From: Octopus vulgaris
Taxonomy: Eukaryota
Direction: 5' to 3'
Length of the DNA: 64,000 bases
NCBI GenBank assembly: GCA_951406725.2
Contig: OX597820.1
Coordinates: 2,418,001-2,482,000 of the forward strand
How positions within the stretch are numbered: position 1 is the stretch's first letter; every line of letters begins with the position of its first letter. This document shows positions 52,384 through 64,000 of the stretch, in pieces. Under the pieces are notes generated by a model that made no database searches, was not told the DNA's origin, and worked only from the letters and a program-made list of their open reading frames with translations. Made by a program: the position numbers and the translations under genes.

Positions 52384-55156
52384 CAAAAGACGAAGACAGA
52401 TGCATGAACAACAAGCAAGTGTATTAGTTTGGTGCTCTTCAACAGAAAGGAATAAGAGAAAATAAACAGAGAGAGAATGAAAAAACCCACGCACACACAA
52501 CCCTTTGGTCAGCCCATGAATGTTGTAGAAAACACTTGCCCGGAGTATCATGCAGTGGAACTGAACCCTGAACCATGTGGTTGGAAAGTAAGCTTTTTAA
52601 CCACACAGCCACACCTCTATACCTTTATATGTATGTAATGGCTGTGTGGTTAGGGAGCTTGCTTCATAGCTATATGGTTTCGGGTTCAGTCCCACTGTGT
52701 GGCACTTTGGGTAGGTGTCTTTCACTATAGCCCCGAGCTGACCGGAGCTTTGTGATTGAATTCGGTAGGTGGAAGTTACTGCCGTGTGTGTATATGTACG
52801 TGTAGGTGCTTGTGCCTCTCCGAAAGAGAGAGAGAGTGCGCACATATCTGTGTCTGTGTGTATTTGTTAACTTTGCAGCCGAAACGCTTTATGTTAGTAA
52901 TACTGCTACTCCCCCACACATCCGACCTCCAGTGATTTGGAGAAGGTACTCTTTGCCATTTCTTTCCAAAGTTTAATAAAATAGATACCAAGAATATATA
53001 ATAGTTTATTCAATCAACAGGTGCTGTGATAAGCTTTCAGCAAACAACGGAAATTTACTCTACTTATTTCGTCTGATTTCTCATTTCACACTCCATTTTC
53101 GCCTCTCTTATCTATAGGTGATCTACTACCGATATATCATCTTTCGTAATCTTATCTACCGCAACACACTACATACTAAATTCCTTCACCAACACATCTA
53201 CCATTAACATGCTCGCACATGAATACACACACACACACCACATGTTTATAGTGAAACCGTGCAATGTTTTACAAACCAGGCCTACTTAGAAGAAACCTAA
53301 TTCGTTGCGGTTTGAGCTAAAGTCTAACATTTCTCTCTCGCATTTTTGATTTTATTCTATTTCCTTATTTCCACCATCCACCCCCGCCCACCCCCGCTGA
53401 TGCTTCTATTTCCCATATTTCCACATTCTCATTCCTCTTCTGCTTTCTCTCTGTCGTTTAACCCTTCACTTCCTCTCCCTCCCTCCCCGTCTTTTCAACT
53501 CTTTCCTGCGTTTTTCTCTGCACTTGACTACCTCCACAGAGCGAAGGAGTTAGAGTTGCTACCATATCTGGCAGACAAAACAGTCCCAAATCACATGAAT
53601 GGCAAACAGAAACTGCAGACTGCTCCATGTGATGGTGGTGGTGGTGGTGGTGGTGTTAATAGTAGTATTAGTAGTAGTAATAGTGGTAGTATTAATAGTA
53701 GTAGTAGTAGTATTAATAGCAGTAGTGGTAGTAGCTTTCATCCTCTCAGTCATGTGACTGTGGCCATGCTGGAGCACCACCTTAAAGGGTATTAGTTGAA
53801 GAAATTGACCCCTGGGGGCTTATCCTTTGTAAGCCTAGTATTTATTCCATCAGCCTTTTTGCCAAACTGCTGGGTTACGGGGACATAAACACACCAGCAT
53901 CAGTTGTCAAGCAATGGTGGTGGGGACAAAGACACACACATACGCACAAATATATACATACATATATATATATATATACAACAGGCTTCTTCCAGTTTCC
54001 ATCTACCAAATCCACTCACAACACTTTGGTTGACCCGAGGCTACAGTAGAAGACACTTGCTCAAGTTACCACGCAGTGGGACTGAACCCAGAACCATGTG
54101 ATTGGGAAGCAAGCTTCTTACCACACAGCCATGCCTGCACCTATAATTTAATAATGTTTTTACTCTATCTAGTGAAACAGCTGTAGAGAACAACAAAATT
54201 ATGAATTATATGAGAAATTTATGTTTTTCAGCTTTTTAGTTTTCTAAGTTGGAAGTTCCAGATGCGATTCTTATATTTTAACCATTACAGAATACATTTA
54301 ACTTTGATGAATGTGCAAAACATGGTATTATTTTTGCACATAGTTCTTATGTTATTTTGTATTGCAGATTTTTTTGAATTTTCTCAAACACTTGCATTGG
54401 ATTGCATTTTCATGATTCATCAGATATGCTAGAATTTGTCAAATTTCTGCAGGCTTACTCATTTAGATAAAGGAAGGAACAATCTTTAATTGTTTTTATT
54501 TGAATCCGTCTTAACATTTCATAATTAATCATTTTAAAGTTTGCCATGAGTTTGGGGACCACAGACTTGTTGAAGAAACATAAAACTCTACGTATTTCTA
54601 ACACTGAATTGGGCTCTTCTGTGATTTTTATTTTAGCTCACATAAACAAACATTGTGTATGTATTGTATATATGTATGTATTGTTGTGTGTGTGGTGGGG
54701 TATATGTGTTTATATATATATATGTGTTTATATATATACACATACAAACATATATCATCATCATTTAACGTCCGCTTTCCATGCTAGCATGACAAACATA
54801 TACATATATATATATATATATACAAATATATATATATACACAAACATATACATATATATATATATACACTGAGAGATAGATAGATAGATAAATTCTACTC
54901 CCTCTGGCCTGGTTCCTCCTCATGTAGTAAAGGACTGAATCTACCCTGACCATTTGACCATTTATAAAAGCTATTATTCTAGTAATCTTTTCATATTTTG
55001 ATATGGCTTAAGTGAGCAACATTTTGCATAAGAAATGAAATTCTCGTTTTTTTATTACATAATTACCTGAAACGCGCATATTAAATGCATTCAAAATATC
55101 ATTACTTGATTTGGTTTCCTTTTTATACATTATATATGTATGTACATATGTGTGTG

Positions 55157-55205
<49 letters not shown>

Positions 55206-55357
55206 AAAAAATATAAATAAAAATACAAAATGGGACAAGAACGCAAAACACTCAAATAGACGACACAAAAAACGGACGGGTCATTCGAAGCCTCTAATCT
55301 TCAGTCAAGAACCGGATCATCCTCGCAATTTCGGCTGGTATGTACACCTTGTTCCCT

Positions 55358-55402
<45 letters not shown>

Positions 55403-55559
55403 AATGTAGGATTAAAATTTTCAAAAAAAATCCTATCAATGGTCAGCATATTAAAAAAAATACCTTTAAAGGTTAAATAAGGGTAGAAATCTTTTCTTTT
55501 GCCCTCACTTATATATATATATATATATGTAATCTCCCCCTGGCATGTGATGGAATGTT

Positions 55560-56032
55560 TTCTGAGCATCTGTGGTGTTTATTGCCCCTGTGCATCCGCC
55601 GCACACGAAAGCTATATTCCAGGTTAATCTTCCTTTGATGTTGCTGCACCTCTTATGTGTCTATAGCTTACACTGGGTACATCTTATGGGATTTCTGCCT
55701 ACCCCTTTTCTACAGATTGAGCAGTGCCACCTACCTGAAGGGGTGTGTGATGTGTTCGCCTTCCTACTTACTAGAACTTTGGTCTTTGCAACATTGACTC
55801 TAAGGCCCTTTGATTCTAAACCTTGCTTCCACACCTGAAATTTCTTCTCTAGTTCTGGCAGTGATTCTGCTATGAGGGCCAGGTCATCAGCATAGAGGAG
55901 CTTCTAGGGGCAACCTGTCTTGAATTCCTCTGTTATTGTCTAGAGGTCTATGATGAATAAGCGGGGGGCTGAGGACTGATCCGTGGTGGACCCCTACTTC
56001 TACCCAGAATTCTTCACTATACTCATTGCCAA
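55560..56032 (-). mobile_element. Decayed RTE-clade LINE reverse transcriptase fragment with Cys-rich insertion
   Basis: Minus-strand translation GVHHGSVLSP/..LLYADDLALIAESLPELEKKFQVWKQGLESKGLRVNVAKTKV..CSICRKGVG..CTQC..HKRC, with stops and a frameshift. Confidence 0.85.
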
Positions 56033-56665
56033 ATGTCTGTTTTCCATGCTGTCATGGGTTGGACAGTTTGACGGGAGTTGGTCGGCTGAAGAGCTCCCCT
56101 GGCTTCATGTCTGTTTTGATGTTTATTTCTACAGCTGGACGATGCCCTTCCTAATGCCAACCACTCTACAGAGTGCACCAGGTGCTTTTATGCAGCCCTG
56201 GTATGGGTGTGCTTATGTACCCCAAACCTGGAAGATTAGGAATGCTCGGCTTGGGTGGGATGCAGAGGATGTGTCTGTATACAAGAACCAAACACTTATT
56301 TACTCAGCACAGCAAACTGCCCCCGTTCCCTCTCATCCTCTACGCACACGTATATGTGTGTATGTATATGTTTGTGTGTGTATATTACATTTGTGTGTAT
56401 TGTTGGGCTACCAGCAACTAAATCATCCTTCTTATCAAAACTACGTGGTTAGGAGAGCGGTTTGCATTGGACAATAAACATACCTGTCATGTCAAAAGGC
56501 AGACAACTCAAATAGAATCAACAGCTGGGAGTGAGAGACCCCTAGTTTTTGTTTAGACATATCTCCAAAGGAAGGAAAACTCCCTGCTGACACACCCTAC
56601 TGTCTTAAAAATAGACGGTCACAGTGGATAATGTACATTATTCCTTTAAAAAGAGAAATGGAACA

Positions 56666-57355
56666 GCATCATCATCATCATTGTTCAACCGTGGTCGAGA
56701 CAATGGAATTTACCATGCTACGCCAGACTTCACGGCCCATCATGGCATTACAGAGGTCCTGTTGCTGGATGCCTGTATCCCTGGAGATTACATCAGGGTA
56801 GGAAAGTGTGCGCCCTCTGGTATTGCGAGTAGATGGCTTCCAGAGGAGGAGAGTAGAAATTACCTCTTTTTCAGCTCTACAACAATGTCCAGCAAACTGG
56901 ACTCTCCTACCTTTCACAAGAGATGACACAGGTGGTAGTTTCCCATATATTTGCATTTTGGTTGGATGACACTTCCACGAGAGATTTTGAGCTCTCATAA
57001 GGAGGCGAGTGTAGGTTCCATCCAACCGCCTCTCAAGCTTCTTTGATAACGTCCAGGTTTCTGAGCCATATAGTAGAATTGGTTCGACTGTGGCTTTGAA
57101 GATTTCAAGTTTGAAGTCTCTACTTAGATTTGATGACCAGATCTTATGCATGTCATGGCTGACCAGGCAATACCCTTTCTAGTTAGAAAATCTTTTCCAG
57201 ATGAGGATATGTATGACCCAAGATATTTGTAATCAGAAACCATATTTAAGGGTGCATTGTTGAGAGTATGGATGATGCAATCACTGTTGGACAGGCACTT
57301 GTTTATATATTCAGTCTTGGCCTCATTGAGGTAAAGACCTACACAATTTGAGGCT
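56666..57355 (-). mobile_element. 5'-truncated RTE-type LINE (RT C-terminus and 3' end)
   Basis: ORF ...KLEIFKATVEPILLYGSETWTLSKKLERRLDGTYTRLLMRAQNLSW...FAGHC. Frameshifted upstream ..YKYLGSYISS. (TGA)n tail directly after the stop. Confidence 0.85.
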
Positions 57356-57801
57356 TATGGAACAAGTTGGCCTTTGACTATAAAAGTATAAATGGATATT
57401 CTTTTCCACTCTAGGCACAAGGCCTGAAATTTTGGGGGAGGGAGCCAGTCGATTAGATCAACCCCAGTACACAACTGGTACTTAATTTATCGACCCCAAA
57501 GGATGAAAAGCAAAGTAGACCTCGGTGGAATTTGAACTCAGAACATAAAAACAGACGAAATATTGCTAAGCATTTCGCCTGGCGTGCTAACGTTTCTGCC
57601 AGCTCACTGCCTTAAAGTATAAATAGATATTAATCGAATGATGGTCATAATGTACAATGTTTTGGTCTTTGATGATGGTGGTGCTGGTGGTGGTGGTGGT
57701 GGTTGCTGTCGTTGTTGCTGCTATGATTATTATTATTCAATTGTTCTTATCGTTTGATCTTATATGTAATTTGCTGCATAAGGCATAGATGCTTGTGCAC
57801 C

Positions 57802-57839
<38 letters not shown>

Positions 57840-57922
57840 GCCTTCTTTCATTTTTGTTTTGTTTTGCTTTTTTTTAATCTAAAAAAGATTAAAAGATTAT
57901 TTATTTATTTATTTATTTATAG

Positions 57923-58066
57923 ATCTCCCGTGGTTGGAGTCTGTTAACATCTAACAGATGTTTGGGAACGGTGCCATTTGTTCTGCACATGCAACGCAAT
58001 GCCGACTTTAAATTGATCTCATCTCAACATTACTTTTTTAAAAATTAGGAAAATGGCTGAAACAAG
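57923..58066 (+). other. Candidate exon with 5' UTR and start codon (ATG 58053, MAET...) of a plus-strand gene extending beyond the window
   Basis: T-rich tract plus TAG acceptor, perfect AAG|GTAAGT donor, AAAATGG Kozak context. Product not identifiable. Confidence 0.45.
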
Positions 58067-58600
58067 GTAAGTCAGTTGTTAAATACATGTATGTCGACGT
58101 GTGTGTGTGTGTGTGTGTGTGTATTTATATATTTGATTTCATATTTTCACTTCACCTCATTGAATCTTGGTGCCTAAAATGTAAAGACAATTGGGCTACT
58201 GAGATGAGGATGAAGGTATTTGTGTGTGTGTATGTGTATAGTTATATATTTATATTACGGAGATGTACTTGCATAGCAAGTGACCTGGTCTGAGATCGTG
58301 TGCTAGAATGAAAGCAATTGCAAGTGTTTATATATTTATACTTATATAGTAAAAAAAATTGCACTGAAGAACAACAAAGGAATGCCAAGAAAAAACCACA
58401 CATGCTCATCCCTCATCAGTTGTCAGCCAAAATTCTTCACAATTTCGTGCCATTATTCATAAGATTGTTCATTTTGTGGCGTCAAAAGCACAATACTGCT
58501 GATTTAAGTAAGCAGACATGAAGAACAGTAACAAAAGTTATACACAACAACAGAATAAGGTTCAAGCATAATGGAAAATGACACGGGTACTTGCTATATA

Positions 58601-59180
58601 CAGGGTGTCCCAGAATTAACTATTTCATTGAAATCAGAAAATTATTTTTTTAAATTCACTTTTATTTATGTTTAGTATGTGTGAAGAGTTTATCATCATC
58701 ATCATCATCATCATTTAACATCCGTTTTTCATGCTGTCATGGATCGGATGGTTTGACTGGAGATGGCAGGAGACTGCACCAGACTTCACTGTCTGTTTTG
58801 GCAGGGGTTTCACAGCTGGATGCCCCTTCTTAACACCAAACTCTTTACATAGTGAACTGAATGCTTTTTACACACCACCAGCAAGGCCTGTGTTTATGAT
58901 TTTATTTCCTTTCCTGTTGGATCCGGCTGTTTTTCCGTTTGGCTGCCATCATTTTCTCTTCCTCCATCCCCAAAACGGACCTGTGGTTTTACTGAGCTTA
59001 AAGAACACATTCAGGCGCAGGAGTGGCTGTGTGGTAAGTAGCTTGCTAACCAACCACATGGTTCCGGGTTCAGTCCCACTGCATGGCATTTTGGGCAAGT
59101 GTCTTCTGCTATAGCCCCAGGCTGACCAATGCCTTGTGAGTGGACTTGGTAGACGGAAACTGAAAGAAGCCTGTCGTGTG

Positions 59181-59213
<33 letters not shown>

Positions 59214-59507
59214 TTGTATGTCTGTTTGACCCCTAGCATTGCTTGACAACCGATGCTGGTGTGTTTACGTCCCCGTCATATAGTGGTTCGACAAAAGAGA
59301 CAAATAGAATAAGTACTGGGCAAATTTGCAAGGAGACAGACAGAGCACATGTGGAATATTTTTGGTAAACTCTTGACATAAGATTTATAAATCTATTTGT
59401 TTTCATTTTTTTAATTAATTAACATAAAATTCTGTCAAATTTCTTTTTTTTTTTTTCCTAATTTTCCCAATTTCATTAAAATAGATTGTTAATTCTGGGA
59501 CACCCTG
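58601..59507. mobile_element. Tc1/mariner-type MITE with nested SINEs
   Basis: TA-CAGGGTGTCCCAGAATTAAC ... GTTAATTCTGGGACACCCTG-TA, perfect 20-bp TIRs. Confidence 0.82.
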
Positions 59508-60427
59508 TATATGAATATATACATACACATAAAGGATTTGTGTGTGTGTGTAATTTAGCGGTTCTGCAAAGAGACCCATCATCATCATCATTTAATGTCC
59601 GTTTTCCATGCTGACATGGGTTGGACAGTTTGACTGGGGACTGGCCAGCCAGGAGGCTGCACCAGGCTCCAATCTGATCTGGCAAGGTTTCTACAGCTGG
59701 ATGCCCTTCCTAACGCCAACCACTCCAAGAGTGTAGTGGGTGCTTTTTACATGCCAGCAGCACAGGAATCAGTCAGGCGGACCTGGCATCGGCCGTGCTC
59801 AAATGGTGCTTTTTATGTGCTGCCGGCACAGGTGCCAATCAGGCAACACTGGCATTGACCACGCTTGAATGGTGCTTTTTATGTGCCAAAAATATCTGAC
59901 AGATCAATTTGTAAAGGCAAGGAATAAAGTCCCTTTACTGCAAACTAGTAAGACATGATATCAGGCAGGGTATCCAGCTGAAGATCACTGCCTTTAACAA
60001 CTTTCATCTAACCCATGATGGCATAGAGAAACAGATGTAAAACCAATAGGATGACAATGCTAACAGTGGCTACCAAAACAAGTAGAATTATAATGATAAA
60101 AATAATATTAATTATAACAATTAATCACTTTGGCTACAGGCCACTAGTTTACAGGAGAGAGGAATAGTTAATTAAAACAACTCCCTTGTACTTGTCTTAT
60201 ATCGAGCCTAAAACTAGAAACAGTCTCCTGTGGGATTTGCACTCAGACATTGAATAAATTTTTTTAAAAACCCCACATAACAACTACCAACTGTTAAGTA
60301 TTTCTGTTCAGTTGTCTGCTAGTTCAGCCGTCTACAATTATAATGAGTATAATAACTAATATTATTATTGTTTTGTCTTTTACTAAGGCAGCAAGCTGGA
60401 AGAATTAGTAGCACACCAGGCAAATCC

Positions 60428-60795
60428 TTACTCTTTTACTTGTTTCAGTCATTTGACTGCAGCCATGCTGGAGCATCGCCTTTAGTCGAGCAAATCAACC
60501 CCAGGACTTATTTTTTGTAAGCCTAGTACTTATTCTATCGGTCTCTTTTGCCGAACAGCTAAGTTACGGGGATGCAAACACACCAGCATCGGTTGTCAAG
60601 CGATGTTGGGGGGACAAACACACACACACATATATATACGACAGGCTTCTTTCAGTTTCCGTCTACCGAATCCACTCACAAGGCTTTGGTCGGCCTGAGG
60701 GTATAGCAGAAGAAACTTGCCCAAGGTGCCACGCAGTGGGACTGAACCTGGAACCATGTGTTTCGTAAGCAAGTTACTTACCACGCAGCCACTCC
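60428..60795 (-). mobile_element. Near-full-length tRNA-derived SINE, family A (other copies about 1-196, 7465-7845, 45470-45850, 50420-50795, 53735-54140, 59013-59320)
   Basis: Head GGAGTGGCTG.GTGGTAAG..GGTTCAGTCCCACTGCGTGGCACCTTGGGCAAG, an internal microsatellite, and tail ..GACTGAAACAAGTAAAAGAG. Confidence 0.85.
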
Positions 60796-62104
60796 TTAGT
60801 GGAATTTTGTCTGCCTTTACATTTTGAGTTCAAATTCTGCTGGGTTCAATAAAATGACCAGTCGAGCACTGAGGTCAATGTAATTGACTAGCCTCTTCCC
60901 CTAAAATTTCAGGCCTTGTGCCTACAGTAGAAAGTATTATTATTATTATTATTTTGTCTTTTACTAAAGCAGCAATCTGGTAGAATTGGTAGCATGCCAG
61001 GCAAAATGCTTCGTGGCATTTTGTAGGTCTGTATGTTGAGTTCAAATTCTACTGAGGCCAACTTTGTCTTTCATCCTTTCAGGGTTGATAAAATAAGTAC
61101 CAGCTCCCTCCCATGCCAGTGGCACGTAAAAAAAAAAGCACCATTCGAGCGAGGTCGTTGCCAGTGCTGCTGGACTGGATCCTGTGCAGGTGGCAGCACG
61201 TAAAAAGCACCAGTTGAGTGTGGCTGATGCCATTACTGCCTGATTGGCCCTCATGCCAGTGGCACATAAAAGCACCCACTACACTCTCAGAGTGGTTGGC
61301 GTTAGGAAGAGCATCCAGCTGTAGAAACTTTGCCAGAATCAGATTGGAGCATGGTGCAGCCTTCTGGCTCGCCAATCCTCAGTCAAACCGTCCAACCCAT
61401 GCCAGCATGGAAAGCGGACATTAAACGATGATGATGATGATGATTAAATACTGGGTGGGTGGGTGTGGGGGGGTCAATGTAATTGACTTGCATCATCCCC
61501 TGAAATTGCTGGCCTTGTCCTGAAATTTGAGACCATTATTATGAGTCCATCAGGAAGCAAACTGGCAGAATCGTTAGTCTGCAAGACAAAATGCTTTGTA
61601 GCTTTTCTTCTGACTTTACATTCGAATTTGAACACCACCAAGGTTGACTTAGCCTTTTATCCTTCAGCGTTGATAAAATACCTATCAGTTGAGCATGAAG
61701 ATTGATGTAATCGACTTTATCCCTGCCCCCCCACCCCCCAAAAAAAATTTGCTGGCCTTGTGCCAAAATTTGAAACCATTATTGTTATTTTACCTTATTT
61801 CAATCGTTGGACTGCAACCATCCTGGTGTAACTCCTTGAGGGGTTTAGTCAAAAAACAATCAACCCCAGTTCTTGTGTTTTGGTTTGGTTTTTTTTTTTT
61901 TTTTTTTGGTTTTTTTAAGTCTGGTACTTATTCTGTCAGTTCTCTTACCAAACTGCTAAGTTATGGAGATATAAACAAACCAACATCAGCTGTCAAGCTG
62001 TTGGCAGAGGGCTTGACAAACATAAACACAAGCACACTCATAGCTTTATATATAGATATATATATATATATATACATACACACACACATGCACATAGGTA
62101 TGTA

Positions 62105-62875
62105 TCTCTTATTATAAAAGGCACATTTTATCTGCCTCCCTTTGTCTCTTATAGAAATCTACAATATAGGATCTCTTCAATTACAATTTACCTAGCATTT
62201 TTAAGAGTAGAATGCATCGGGTCTTGCCAGGTCCACTTTTTAAAATTTCAACCCCAATTAAGCAAAATTTAGAGAAAACTTACATTGTGGTGTATAAGTC
62301 AAATGCTTTTCTTAGTGTGGGCTACAGCACACGCACACACACAGTGTGCAATGATTAAAGTGAAAGTAATTCACTTTTTGTAGTGAGTGACTCTTTCACT
62401 CTGCATTCCCACTTCCTCTTTACACACATAGACACGCAAATATATAAATAAAATTGTAAGCTAACGTGTGTGCGTGTGTGTGAGGGTGCGTGTGTGTGTG
62501 TGTGCGTGTGCATGAGTGTGTGACAGGAAAGTTTTTTAGGACGAATATAAGACCTAAAGTATATCCAAGTAGCAGAAAGATCGCCCAAAAGTGTATATAG
62601 ATATTTAAATGTATTTATATATTCATCTATACACAGATGTATGTATAATGTGTGTGTATATATTTCCATAGAGGTAACCTTTCACTCCATACAAAGTTTT
62701 TTAGGACGAATATAAGATCTAAAGTATATACAAGTAGCAGAAAGATCGCCCAAAAGTGTATATAGATATTTAAATGTATTTATATATTCATCTATACACA
62801 GATGTATGTATAATGTGTGTGTATATATTTCCATAGACGTAACCATTCACTCCGCACATAGTTTTTTAGGACGAA
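62105..62875 (+). mobile_element. Probable Helitron 5' part with a 165-bp tandem duplication (62531-62875)
   Basis: TCTCTTATTATAAAAGGC start. GTTTTTTAGGACGAA recurs at 62531, 62696 and 62861. Confidence 0.5.
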
Positions 62876-62884
62876 AATATTTAT

Positions 62885-63713
62885 ATATAAAAGAAAGGTT
62901 GTGTGTCTGTCTACTCCGATTTAGATTCCTAACTACTCCCACATTTTGCGATGCAGTTTAACCAAAACCGGGTATCTTATAGTCATGATTCATATCGAGC
63001 CCAGCGTGCGTCTACGATGAGTCTATGATTTTACAAATAATTTACCATCATTTTTTTCCATTTTAATGCATATTTTTTTAAATAAAGGGAAGTAACTCTC
63101 AAACTTCACACCAATATGCGTGCTCATATGCGACGTAATATCACATCAGCAACATTTCCTCACACCCTCCTTGCACTTGGCGAAGGCAAAATACCAGGGG
63201 ATGAAAATGGTAATATTGCCATCGATTCCATTTGTACCATTGTTAAGACGCCTTCTGATCTCAGAGATGCAGTGTTCCCAGATCTACAAGCTAATTATCA
63301 GAATATGGATTGGATTGGCAAAAAGGCTATACTGGCCCCGAGGAATAAAACTGTTCACCATATTAATGATGAAATGCTAAAACTCATTCCTGGGGAAGTC
63401 TATGTATATCAGTCTATCGATACAACTCCTGACCCAGAGGACGTCATCAACTATCCAATAGAGGTACTCAATTCCTTTGAGCACCCCGGACTACCACCAC
63501 ACATTCTCAAACTTAAAGTTGGTGCCCCTATAATGCTCATCAGAAATTTGGTTCCCCCAAAACAATGCAATGGCACACGTTTGATCGTTAAGTCCTTATC
63601 TCCCACCGTAAACTTATATCAATATTTGCCTGAATAATCATCATAATTCAGTGCAATCATTAACAGTACTTTCAAGCAATTCAGTCCCGAGCAATGCCGG
63701 GCAATTCTGCTAG
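62885..63713 (+). mobile_element. Non-autonomous Helitron carrying a PIF1-helicase fragment (ORF 63116-63637)
   Basis: AILAPRN..IN..., GLPPHILKLKVGAPIMLIRNL..CNGTRL motifs. 3' CCCG..CGGG hairpin and terminal CTAG at 63710-63713. Confidence 0.88.
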
Positions 63714-64000
63714 TATATATATATATATAAACTATGGTTTATGTACTTCTCATGAAATTATTTCGTTGATCAGATCTTTGATACATTGAGTTCTGTGTTG
63801 TCTGTTAGCTGAATCTGCTAGAGGAGCTTTCTGTGATAGCCACACGATTCTGTGTATCCATATATTGCACCACAAATTTATGAGTGTGACAGGCTTCCAC
63901 ACAGTTTCTGTGTACGAAATTCACTCATAAGGTATTTTTGGGGCCTCTGGGTCTATAGCAGATGTTTGTGGGACTGAATGTTGAAGCCACTTGGTTGCAA

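Noticed and set aside
68-62669. Numerous short ORFs rich in YI/IY, HT/TH, CV/VC or SINE-derived peptides
   Set aside because: They are translations of microsatellites and high-copy SINEs.

Overview
AT-rich, repeat-dense eukaryotic genomic DNA. The SINE families and microsatellite load suggest a coleoid cephalopod such as Octopus, which is an inference. The main gene is a complete 10-exon PEX16 (peroxisomal membrane biogenesis factor, 342 aa) on the minus strand, 30858 to 5580. Its intron 6 is a clear U12-type (minor spliceosome) intron. A head-to-head promoter at about 30.9 kb probably drives a plus-strand gene, with a candidate ATG-containing exon at 57923-58066. The rest is mostly tRNA-derived SINEs, RTE LINE fragments, piggyBac, hAT and Tc1-mariner MITEs, Helitron and Helentron derivatives, and a 66-bp minisatellite. 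The most unusual signal is a scattered population of minimal hammerhead-ribozyme motifs. One family, present in four copies, joins an internal tRNA-like Pol III cassette to a loop-less (dimer-type) hammerhead and always carries an inverted copy of its 3' tail, which is Penelope-like architecture. A second family carries a fixed A6U variant of the catalytic core. Many near-perfect fold-back hairpins lie in PEX16 introns and its probable 3' UTR. All calls were made by eye and no searches were run.
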